This document shows, in pieces, positions 1 to 9,700 of a DNA stretch of 64,000 nt. A model generated the notes under the pieces. It was given only the letters and a program-made list of their open reading frames with translations, was not told the DNA's origin and ran no database searches. The stretch's first letter is position 1, and each line of letters opens with the position of its first letter. This DNA is from Porphyridium purpureum (taxonomy: Eukaryota). A program made the translations under genes and the position numbers. Location of the stretch: positions 310,001 to 374,000 of the forward strand of contig VRMN01000008.1 in NCBI GenBank assembly GCA_008690995.1, given 5' to 3'.

Positions 1-222
1 AACCTTGAGAACAAGCTCGTGCTGCGTCTCGCTTCCACCTCCACTCTGGTCGTTGAGGACGTCGACGCATACCGCCGAAGAACAGACCTGCACATTATTG
101 AGTGGACTGTATTTCTGCTCGTCGGCGCACTGCTTGCGGCCTTGCCGCTATCGCTCTCGATCGCCGAGCAGAACAAGCTGATTGCCTCGCAGATCAAACC
201 CAAGACCAAGAAGATCAGATAG
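1..222 (+). CDS. 3' end of probable translocon-associated protein beta (TRAP-beta/SSR2-like); 5' part outside window
   Basis: C-terminus AYRRRTDLHIIEWTVF + hydrophobic helix + basic tail PKTKKIR resembles the SSR2 C-terminus (..FDRRFSPHFLDWAAF..PKTKKN); frame open from base 1. Confidence 0.55.
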   Translation, partial: NLENKLVLRLASTSTLVVEDVDAYRRRTDLHIIEWTVFLLVGALLAALPLSLSIAEQNKLIASQIKPKTKKIR

Positions 223-492
223 ACTCTTCTGCGACACGGAGCAAGAGGGTGCGTCGTGTCATGGATATTTAGACAAGACTAGACAAGACCAGACAAAGCC
301 AGGGCGAGTTGTCAGAGCCCCTCCCCCCGAGTCCCCCCCAGACGTTTCAGCACTCGGGTAAAGTAAAGAAATAACGTGTGGGCCCAACAATAAGCAAACG
401 GCGTTACTTGATTAGGAGAACGGCTCGTCATTTAAGAAGCGTGTTTCGCCTTGACAGCACATGCGTCCTCGCATAGCGGAGCGCTGGGCGTA

Positions 493-1845
493 ATGGAAGG
501 GCCGCGCACGGCGGCGTCAGCAGCAGCGACGCCGACGGCGGCGAAGAGCAGCAACGCTGAACATTCGTGTGAACCTTCGTCGACACGTCCTCGTCTCCAA
601 GATTCGTTATGGATTCTAAGCCAAGCAGGCGCGATGGAATTGCCCGAGATGAACGCGGCTCGGCAGGGTGACGCCGACACGGACAAACAAGGCGGCGGCT
701 CGGCTCACTGGTCTGCACGGAAGGCGGAACCGCTCAACGGCCACAAGGGCCACGAAAAACTGGCGCCTGCTGCGCAGAGAAAGCAGGATGCGCCACTGTT
801 TAATGCGGCAGGTTATCGCATCTGCGGCGTCAGGAATAACCGCGGCGGCCGCTGCGGTCGCCTGGGCAAGTGCCCGTTTCACCACGGCAAGGCAGCTCTC
901 TCGGGTGTTTCTGACGACATCTCCGAGCATGATTCAGCGGGCCATGTACCGGCAAAGACCAGACACTCCGCAACGAGCGCCGTTCAAATGGACGATGACA
1001 ACAAAACTGTCAGGGCTTCGTCGTTGCACGTCAATGGCGATGGCGCAGATGTGGCACGTCAAATTCTCGAATCTACATCCGTACCTGCCCCGGCGCTGGC
1101 GTCGTCTTCGACAACAGATCCTGCGAAAGCTTCCAAACCGGTCAGTGCATTGGGGCGGTTTAAGCATGCGTGGACACGAGAGGAGCACGAGCGCTTCTTG
1201 TTGGCATTGCAAAAGTTTGGCCGGGGGAAGTGGAAAAAAATTAGCGCCATTGTGGAGACGCGCAACGCCTACCAGTGCCAAAGCCACGCACAAAAGTATT
1301 TTAATCGGCAGAGCAAGGCACCGTCCGAGCGCAAAAAGCGAAGCATACATGATTTGAACTGGCACAGTATTCAGCGCGGCCAGTTCCAGCCCTTGTCGAC
1401 CAATGACGACGCTGCGACGAAAGAGGCGACTGCGCAGCCTGCGGAAGGGACACCGCCAGGTCCTATGAGGCTACAGCAGCTAATGCCAAACGCCAAAGAG
1501 CTAACAAACGACGCCCGGAATGTCCTCAGCCACGCGGCGGAGCAGCGTGCAATCCGCGTGGTCGTGACTGTGCATCGCAATGGAAATGGTCATGATGGTA
1601 TTCATGTTGAGCTTCCGCTAGGCCACGAAAACAGCAGCGACGAGTGCTATCAAAGCGACACCATGAAGGAATTTCTGACGCTGTGCGCGGAAAAGCTGGG
1701 ATCTGCAGGCTTTGAGTCCATGTATACGATGGCGGGGATCCGTATTAGCTCGTTGGACGAGCTGTGCGAGGACGAGGAACTGTTCCTATGCGAAAAGGAA
1801 GAGGAATTTATCGATCCCTGCTCGCTCATGGACGAAGAGGACTAG
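493..1845 (+). CDS. SHAQKYF-class single-repeat Myb transcription factor with CCCH-type knuckle and C-terminal KHA-like domain
   Basis: WTREEHERFLLALQKFGRGKWKKIS..QCQSHAQKYF..KKRSIHD; first ATG at 493 (ORF track starts at TTG 451). Confidence 0.9.
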   Translation: MEGPRTAASAAATPTAAKSSNAEHSCEPSSTRPRLQDSLWILSQAGAMELPEMNAARQGDADTDKQGGGSAHWSARKAEPLNGHKGHEKLAPAAQRKQDAPLFNAAGYRICGVRNNRGGRCGRLGKCPFHHGKAALSGVSDDISEHDSAGHVPAKTRHSATSAVQMDDDNKTVRASSLHVNGDGADVARQILESTSVPAPALASSSTTDPAKASKPVSALGRFKHAWTREEHERFLLALQKFGRGKWKKISAIVETRNAYQCQSHAQKYFNRQSKAPSERKKRSIHDLNWHSIQRGQFQPLSTNDDAATKEATAQPAEGTPPGPMRLQQLMPNAKELTNDARNVLSHAAEQRAIRVVVTVHRNGNGHDGIHVELPLGHENSSDECYQSDTMKEFLTLCAEKLGSAGFESMYTMAGIRISSLDELCEDEELFLCEKEEEFIDPCSLMDEED

Positions 1846-1979
1846 GAAAGGTCTCGCTCGTAATTTATTGTTGCATAGTGTGTACATTAAACGCATCACT
1901 TGCGTTCCCAAATTTGCCTGTCGGCAGAATGAACAAAGACTCACCCGTGCGTCGCAATCTCATCCTTATGTAGAAAAGA

Positions 1980-4715
1980 CTAGAGCTCGTCCTTATCTTC
2001 ATCCTCGTCGCCTGCCTGTGGACCACTTTCATCAGACCCGTCAAACGGATCCTCAACCGCCTCATCGCCATTCTCCGTGTCAGCGCCATCCATCTCGTCA
2101 GGCCCTGGCGACTGTGAGTCCGCAGTGTCAAACGACGGCGGCGGTATTCTCTTCAGCGCCTTGAACTCGTGCTGGAGAGCATTGATGGCGTTGATTACTT
2201 CTTTTGACGTGAAAACGGGCGCCATCGTCAAGTCTCGCTCAAGCTGCTCCACGTACAAGGCGTCCAGGCTTTCTTGCTTTTGCTTAACCAGCTCAAGAAA
2301 TTCTTCGAACTTGCTGACATGCTCAGACGGCCCCATCTTGTGCAACGTCAACAATAGCGTCGCGTTCTGAGTAATCTCGTCTACAAATTTGTCCAGGGAT
2401 TCCTTCGTTTCCTCACGGATAGAGCGCTCATCGTGGCGAAAGAATAGCTCCGAAACAAGCGCCTCCAATTCCTTGAGCTTACCACGCAGATTCGCAAGCG
2501 ATTCGGCCTCATCTGACCACATCCATTCCTCAGCTTCGCTCGTCCACTCAATGATACGAGCACGCTCTGCCTCGGAACTCACTGCCTCGAAACTTTCTTC
2601 TGCCATCGCCGATCGCGCGTGCAAAATTCTTCCTTCCAGAGCGTTGTACGCATCCGCCTTGTCCCGACGATCTTTGTCGGCAGCTGCCAAAGCGCGCAAT
2701 TGCCGCTGCATGCGGTCAATCTCATTGTCCGACAAACCCAAACGTCGAACTGAAGGGTCATCTAGTTCCTGGATGTGAAGCGTTTCTCGATACACCACTG
2801 TTTTGGTGGACGTCTCTATCCGATACTCGACCTCTTCCTTTCCGGCTTCCCGCGATTGCTCCTGATTCGACTCTTCAGGCTGGGGCGTAGGCGCTTCCGA
2901 CGATGCCGACTTTGATTCAGGGTTTCCGCCGGCCTCGTCGCCGGTCCGTGCTTCTGTATTTTCTCCTGCCTTTGTTGAATCAGTCTCCGCCTTCTTGCTT
3001 TTCGCTTTCACGGGTACACGCCTTTCCGTTGTTACTTGCTCATCTAGCTGAGCTTCACCCCTTGAAAAAGTGACCAGCCCAGATTCCGACATGTCGAAGA
3101 CCAGCGTAACCTTTGCCGCCGGCGCGTCCTCCACGGACGTGTTCTGGAGCTTCCGGTACACCTTCGCTGCCCCAGAAACATTCACGCGTCGAAAGATGAA
3201 ATCGCTGTTCGTGGAGGTATCATCTACACCGGCGGACAAAAGCATATCAACCACAAAGTCACCACGGCGCTTGAGCGTGATCGATTTTTTGCCGGGACAC
3301 TTGGAGTCTGCATCGTTAAACACAAGCGTGCGCTGCGAGCTCTTCGTGCTGTCAGCTTCACGATGTACGTCAATGGCCACTTTGCTGCCGCCCATGTACA
3401 CATCCTGCATCTCTAGTGGCTTGACACGGTACGATGTCGACATGCTAGCGGCGAGGTAAGCGGCGCCGTACACCGCTGCTTCGTCCGCGTTTACACTCTT
3501 GTTCAGCGTCGTACGGCCAGTCAGTTCTAGCAATTCTGCCTGAATGCCGGGTATGCGGGACAAACCACCAAAAGGAACGACCGAGTCAATGTCCTCGATA
3601 GACGATAAGCCTGCTTTCCGCAAAGCCTCACGGATAGGCGCGCCTACGCGGGCGAGCAACGGTCGCGCCATGTCCTCCAGGTCTGCGCGCGTCACGAGCT
3701 GGCGAAAATCTATGTCCTCCCATATCGACTCGACCGATGCATAAGCTTCTTGATTGGCAGACAGTACTTCACGCACGCGCTGCGCCTCGCGACCAAGCCG
3801 CACCATGACGCGCGGCAGGTCGCGTGAGCGCGGCTGCGACGCTAACGACGTCCCATCCAGCACTCCTCGTTGCTCATCAAATTTAGATGCCAAATGCTGT
3901 GCTAAAAGCTCGTCCAAAGCGGCGCCGTTCAGCTCGAGGTCATGCGCGTGAGCAAGCGCTTTTACAACTGTCTTTTCGTTCTTCTTCCCTGTCCTAGCGA
4001 CCTGGATGACCGACGCGGTACTGCTGCTTGCCCCGAGATCGTAGAAAAGGACAGTTTCATTGTCCTTGTCCGATTTCCAGTCGAGCGCGTACTTGATGGC
4101 CAGCGCGGTGTTCGTGGGCACGAGCGCCAACACGTTGAGGTCTGCCAACCTGGCGGCATCCATCACTGCAGTTTTGGCCGAGAGCGAGTACCAGCTCGGA
4201 ACCGTGATGACCACATCACGTACAGCGCTGGGGCTTTGCGCAAGTGACGCAGCTGTAAACACGCGGCCAAGATCTAGCAGCATTGCTGTGACTTCTTGCG
4301 CGGTGAACACCAGCGAGTTGCTTTCATCCACGACAAACGTAGCGCGTTGCTGAACGCACTCGTCAAGTTCCTCGTTCGATTTCAGAAGCGTAGCATCACA
4401 AGCCGCCAGCGCATCACGCGTGAGCAGCAGCGCGCGCTGTGGCTTCTTTGCGGCGACAGCCAAGGCGGCGTCGCCAAACACGCGCGCATTCTCCGCTGTG
4501 AACGCCACCGCCGCAGGAGTCTTACGCTTTGCCTGCTCATTTACCACCAGATCCACTCCTCGCCGCGGAAAGATCGTCGCGACCTTGATGTACTGCGAGC
4601 CCAGATCAATGCCCATCAACGCGGCATCGCTGCCTCTCCCTGCCGCCAACGCCACCACCAGCAGCGTCAGCAGCGCGCACACATACGTAGCCGCGCGCAT
4701 CGCAGCAGCAGACAT
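1980..4715 (-). CDS. HYOU1: ER-lumenal Hsp70-family chaperone/nucleotide exchange factor GRP170/HYOU1
   Basis: Signal peptide, GIDLGSQY, NEQAKRKTP, FYDLGASS, GGLSRIP, NADEAAVYGA, C-terminal KDEL. Confidence 0.92.
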   Translation of the reverse strand: MSAAAMRAATYVCALLTLLVVALAAGRGSDAALMGIDLGSQYIKVATIFPRRGVDLVVNEQAKRKTPAAVAFTAENARVFGDAALAVAAKKPQRALLLTRDALAACDATLLKSNEELDECVQQRATFVVDESNSLVFTAQEVTAMLLDLGRVFTAASLAQSPSAVRDVVITVPSWYSLSAKTAVMDAARLADLNVLALVPTNTALAIKYALDWKSDKDNETVLFYDLGASSSTASVIQVARTGKKNEKTVVKALAHAHDLELNGAALDELLAQHLASKFDEQRGVLDGTSLASQPRSRDLPRVMVRLGREAQRVREVLSANQEAYASVESIWEDIDFRQLVTRADLEDMARPLLARVGAPIREALRKAGLSSIEDIDSVVPFGGLSRIPGIQAELLELTGRTTLNKSVNADEAAVYGAAYLAASMSTSYRVKPLEMQDVYMGGSKVAIDVHREADSTKSSQRTLVFNDADSKCPGKKSITLKRRGDFVVDMLLSAGVDDTSTNSDFIFRRVNVSGAAKVYRKLQNTSVEDAPAAKVTLVFDMSESGLVTFSRGEAQLDEQVTTERRVPVKAKSKKAETDSTKAGENTEARTGDEAGGNPESKSASSEAPTPQPEESNQEQSREAGKEEVEYRIETSTKTVVYRETLHIQELDDPSVRRLGLSDNEIDRMQRQLRALAAADKDRRDKADAYNALEGRILHARSAMAEESFEAVSSEAERARIIEWTSEAEEWMWSDEAESLANLRGKLKELEALVSELFFRHDERSIREETKESLDKFVDEITQNATLLLTLHKMGPSEHVSKFEEFLELVKQKQESLDALYVEQLERDLTMAPVFTSKEVINAINALQHEFKALKRIPPPSFDTADSQSPGPDEMDGADTENGDEAVEDPFDGSDESGPQAGDEDEDKDEL

Positions 4716-4753
4716 CCGCTTCTCGTGCGCGATCCTTCACCTACTCACCATAG

Positions 4754-4754
<1 letters not shown>

Positions 4755-4784
<30 letters not shown>

Positions 4785-4818
4785 ATCACTCTTTGTCTCG
4801 CTGTCTCTCTCTCTCTCT
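4755..4818. repeat. (CA)n and (CT)n microsatellites upstream of HYOU1
   Basis: Direct reading of sequence. Confidence 0.85.
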
Positions 4819-5264
4819 CCCACCGCCCACGCATGTCCTTTCGAGCTTGCGATCGCGCGGCTGTGCCGTTTTACTATAGCCGCCATATGAAAAAGCAACA
4901 TTCAATCAACTTGGAAGGTACACTCTTGTACACTTCACGTCGGTTTTCGGCTACACCCTTTTCGGTTTAGAGCCAATAAACCGTTTCGCGCTTCAGCTGT
5001 CGGCCAAGCACCCATGCGCAAAACACTTGGGCTTCCCCTGGTCGAATCAACCGTGGCCTGCTACAAGTATGTCTTTACTTCAAAGGAAAATGGCCAACTT
5101 GGCAGCGCCGCTCGATGCGTGCGCGCCATCTTGTACTGTGAAGCATGCGGCCTAATCAGACGAAAGACTTTCTTGCGTTCGTGCCCTCTGCACATCATCC
5201 ACATTTGTGCAGCACATGAAGTTTAGCCTCAACTGAGGCAGCAACTGCAGAAGTTCCAGGTTTG

Positions 5265-6472
5265 TGAGCTCCTCGCCAGTGTCCTCCAGACTTTGTAGTA
5301 CCCCCCGTTCGGTGTGCTTTAACGCTCTATAGTGCCGACGAGCTCGGATCTCTTCGACGGAAGGACAGCCTCCATACGCTTTCCCTGCGTCGCCGCACCT
5401 TGCTCGAGCAAGATCTCTGAGATTGAACTTGGCAACTTCTTTGGACGCCCGACCGCCAACGCGCACGATACTGGTTATGCCTTGCTTGACCAGGTCACCG
5501 AGGAAATCATCCAAGGCATGGTTGGTGTACGTAATGCAAAGGACCTTCTTCGACGTGTTCCGACAGATAATATCTGCAAGACAAACCCCAAAAAAGCTCT
5601 TTCCAGATCCAGGCCCGCCAACCGTGACCGAACAGCGAACGTTGCAGGCCATCCGTAGCGCATCGCGCTGACGTTCGTCCAGCTTGAAGCCGGCCTGCGC
5701 TTCAATCCTCTCGATTTCGTCCTCAACCTTTACGTGCGCTAAGTAGGTTGCTGCTTTCGGCTCCTGCTTGTACACGAGTTCTTCTGCAAGCGCCACGCAA
5801 GCCTGGCCTTGCAAAGAACGCAGGACCGGCCCGTACGAGAAGAGGCTCTGTCCGGCCTCAATCAATCGCCAGCCAGGAAGAACACCACGCCCCACGTTCT
5901 TGAGAAAGCGCGCCAATCTTACACACGAGGCCTCACTATTACCATGCATCACCAATCCAACCGACGGCGTCGGACCATGCTGGTCGAAAAACTCCCACTC
6001 ACTCATTCGACTCGGATCAGCCGCGCTGGGCGGCCGCTGCACCACAAACACTTCCTGGACGGTATTTTCTGAGCACACTAGACATACCAGCGAATCTCGC
6101 GGAAGCACCCGCAGACCGCGTTTCGACTGCCAAAATTCGACCAGATCTCTTTTCTTCTTCATGTCGTTCTTTCCTGCCTTCCGACACAGCTGCGCTGCGT
6201 ACGCGGACCGCGGGAACCGGAAGGCAAATTCCAAGCATGGCTGGCGACCAAGTTCAATGCCCACACACTGCACATCAGTAAACACGTGATGCTGGTGCTT
6301 CTTGGGATTCCGCGCCATCTCTCGCAGGGTGTCGCGGATCGGACACAAAAAGTCCTCACGCAACAAACGAAACTGGCGTTCCTGCAGCGCTGCCTCGCTC
6401 GGGTTGTCCTCTTGCCTGGGAAGATACGGCTCGAGGGGGCTGTTCAACTCTTCAATGGTTGGAACAATTCGG
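5265..6472 (-). pseudogene. Partial duplicate (about 1.2 kb) of the ZNFX1-like helicase gene, copy of 12902-14109
   Basis: Constant offset of 7637 bp; only about 5 substitutions seen; in-frame stop directly upstream, no native start; ends after helicase motifs I/Ia. Confidence 0.9.
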
Positions 6473-6750
6473 GTTCACAAACACCTCACGAAGCACGTTT
6501 CATCATCACAGCAAGCTGGAATCGAGACCAATCCGGTGGGGCGGTGGCATTTGCCTTATCTCAAGTGGTGCAGTTGAGAAAACAATGAAATATTTCGGCG
6601 CAACGGCATGATGAAGCTCCACAAGCACCCAAAAATCGGCGCGACCCACTGCACGTGCCTGATCCTTGCCTCTCAATATGTTGTTTCCAAGCCTGTAATA
6701 TCAAATGACACGTTTTGCCTCTGGATTCTCGTTCCTGATCTTTTTCGCGG

Positions 6751-9700
6751 TTAATTCAACTTTGATGAATAAATGAAATGCGATCTGCCTGCACATCGCC
6801 AGCCGTCGCCTTCGGGACACCACGAATATCCGGCGGGACACACTCCAATCGATTTCAATTGCAGCTGGTTCGCAGCCATCTTTGCACGCTCCTTCTCGCG
6901 CTCTACTTCTTCCAGCGCTTCCAGCCTCAAGATTTCGGAAATCTCGAAACGGTTCCGAGCGGAAATGGAACAGAGAACGCTCGAAACTTGAGCACGTAGA
7001 ACGCGCTCAACGACGGCCTTGTCGGCGCCGGTGTCTTTGCGAACATATTCCAGAATTTCTTCGTCGAATGGTCCACCGGCTTGAATGAGAGCAAGCATAT
7101 TCTGGAGCTTTTGGCGGCTTGGAAGGTCCCTATCGTACCCAAGCGCCACGCAGGCGGCTTCCAGAGCGGCCAGCATAGAATCGTCCTCATCATTGTCGTC
7201 GATCGCTGGTTCACTCCCATACTCATCTTTCTCTACGACATTCTCCATAGGAACAGGATTCGCTGCTAAAGGCGTGCTGGACCTGCATCAGCGTTTACGT
7301 ATGAACCCATTTAGTTTGAGCTGTGAATCGAACTTGCGACCAACAAAGACGGAAAATTCTTTCTTTCTTCGAGAATTTCGCGCAAGCCATTCTGCAGGCA
7401 ACCCTGTGTGACAACCAACGAACCTCTTCGCACGCACTCCCTGAGTACGCGCTTGCACCACAAGTCCACATCATGCCCGTTTGCAAATCCAGGGCTGGTT
7501 ACCAACAGTTCCGCAAAGACAATGCCTTTCGCCTTGGCCTCGTGGTCCAAGGACTTGCCAGCCTTTTTGAGCTGCATTTGTAGCAACTGCCACGTGTTGC
7601 TCGCATCCAAAACGTCAAAGCGGATTGTCTGCGTCACACGCGATTTGAGGCCGGGATTCACCTTGCTCATCATCTCCTCAATTTTAGCCTCGTACCCGGC
7701 AAAAACGACCACCATTTTGCCCTTGTAGGCATCTTCCGTGAGCAAGTTGACAATCTCGTCAACTGTCTCCTTCATGAATGACCTACCGCTGGGGTCGTAC
7801 AGACGATACGCCTCGTCGATGAATAAAACCCCGCCTCGCGCCGCTTCAAACTTCTCTCGTGTTACATTTCCCGCCTGACCGACGTACCGTGTCTGCAAAT
7901 CAGAGGCCGAGCACTGCACAAACGTCTTGCCATCCGCCAGAAGGCCTAACGCTTCAAACATTTCACCCATGCGCCTAGCGACAGTCGACTTTCCTGTTCC
8001 AGGCGGGCCTACAAACTTGAAGTTCAGCTCTATACTCTCCATTGGATCCCGCCCATGACGCTCGGCGTCTCGAACGAGCGCCTGGATATCGCTTAGCTGA
8101 TTGCGAACGGAATTGCACCCTATGAGCCCATCTAGAACAATCAAAGGATCGGCTGCTCGCGCAGCCGCTGCTTCATCCTGCTCGGGCACAAAGTCTTGTG
8201 CGAGGAGCTCATTCGCAGCGGCGCGCTCTACTGGACCCAAATGCTGCATTCGTTTCTCAGCCCGCTGGGCGGCAGCTTGTATCAGAGTCGCCACGGCTCC
8301 GCCGTTTCCAAAGTTGGGCTTCATGCGGTCCTTTGCAAGTCGCTCCACAGCTTTCCTCAAAGCTTCCGGACAAACGACCACTTTCTTCTCTTTTGCCATC
8401 TTCAGTAAAATTTGACACAGCTCGGTATCATTATAATCTTCGAACACAAATGGTTCATCTGCCTGGAAGCGCCGCTTGAGACCCGGGTTCGAATAGCGAA
8501 TAAAGTCGTCCATCTCTTTCGTGTAGCCACACATCAACACGCAACGATCATCCCCTGGAACACCTTGCACCTCGGCAACAAGGGTGTCTAACACAGCTCT
8601 TTTGTATGGGTCCTCGGACCAAGACATTCCTCCAATCTTACTTTTCGACGGGCCTAGACCGTACGCTTGGTCAATGAAAAGCACGCAACCCTTCGAATTC
8701 TCAAGAATCGCCCTCGTCTTCTTTTCAGACTCCCCAAGAACGCTTCCGATGAAATCGCTCGGATTCTTCACAATCAGATCACCTTTCGAAAGCAGTCCCA
8801 ACTCCTTCAGCATCCGCCCGTAGAGCTTCGCGCAAGTGGTCTTACCTGTGCCTGGATTTCCAACAAAAAGTCTATTCAAAAGTACTCCCTTCATTGGCTT
8901 TTCTGCCTCCTCGAGTTCGGCGTTCGTCTGAAGCACTTGAAAAAGCGTGGACATAGACTCCTTGACCATGCGCAAACCAATTTGGTTCTGCAGCTCCTTG
9001 AATGTCGCAGAATCGAGCATTGACTGCACATGGGGACCGAGCAAATCTTCTCGAACAAACTCAAAAGCGTCTGGATTACCACCTTTCCCTCGCACTTCAA
9101 CAATGCGGCCAGCCTGCTTCTCCTGGACTACTTCGACAAAACTACGAACCGCTCTGGCATTACCAAAGCCAACATGGCCTCGGCCCTTGCCGATTCGCCG
9201 CGAGGCAATGCGCATGTGTTTGGGATCTGGAAGCTTGTAGTTTTTCAACGAGCGGAAGCGGCTTTCCATAATTATGTAGAGCTCCTCGTCTGTGAAATCT
9301 TCAAAGTCATAGACGGCGTGGAAACGGGACAGAAGACCTTCGTTGTATTCCAACAAGTCCTCCATTTCCTTCTTGTACCCCGCAAAGACCACCACCAGTT
9401 TCCCCCGACACTCCTGCATTTCTGTGAGCAGAGTATCCAAGATCTGTGCACCAATGGAGTTCTTGGTGGGTTTCAGCTGGTACGCCTCATCGATAAATAG
9501 AACCCCAGCCTTTTCGACCCATCTCACTCGATTCCGTGCAAAGACTGATGTCGAGCCCAGCTCCTTTTCATCGAATTGAATATGCATGTCATTCCCGGTC
9601 AATGCACTGAACGTCACTCTACCAGGAACCCACGCACCTTTCTCCAGAACATCTGTTTCAACTCTAGCTCCACGTGGGATTGGAGACACGCCATCATCTC

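Noticed and set aside
271..300. Short AGACAAGACY tandem repeat in the intergenic region
   Set aside because: Only about three imperfect units; no evidence of function
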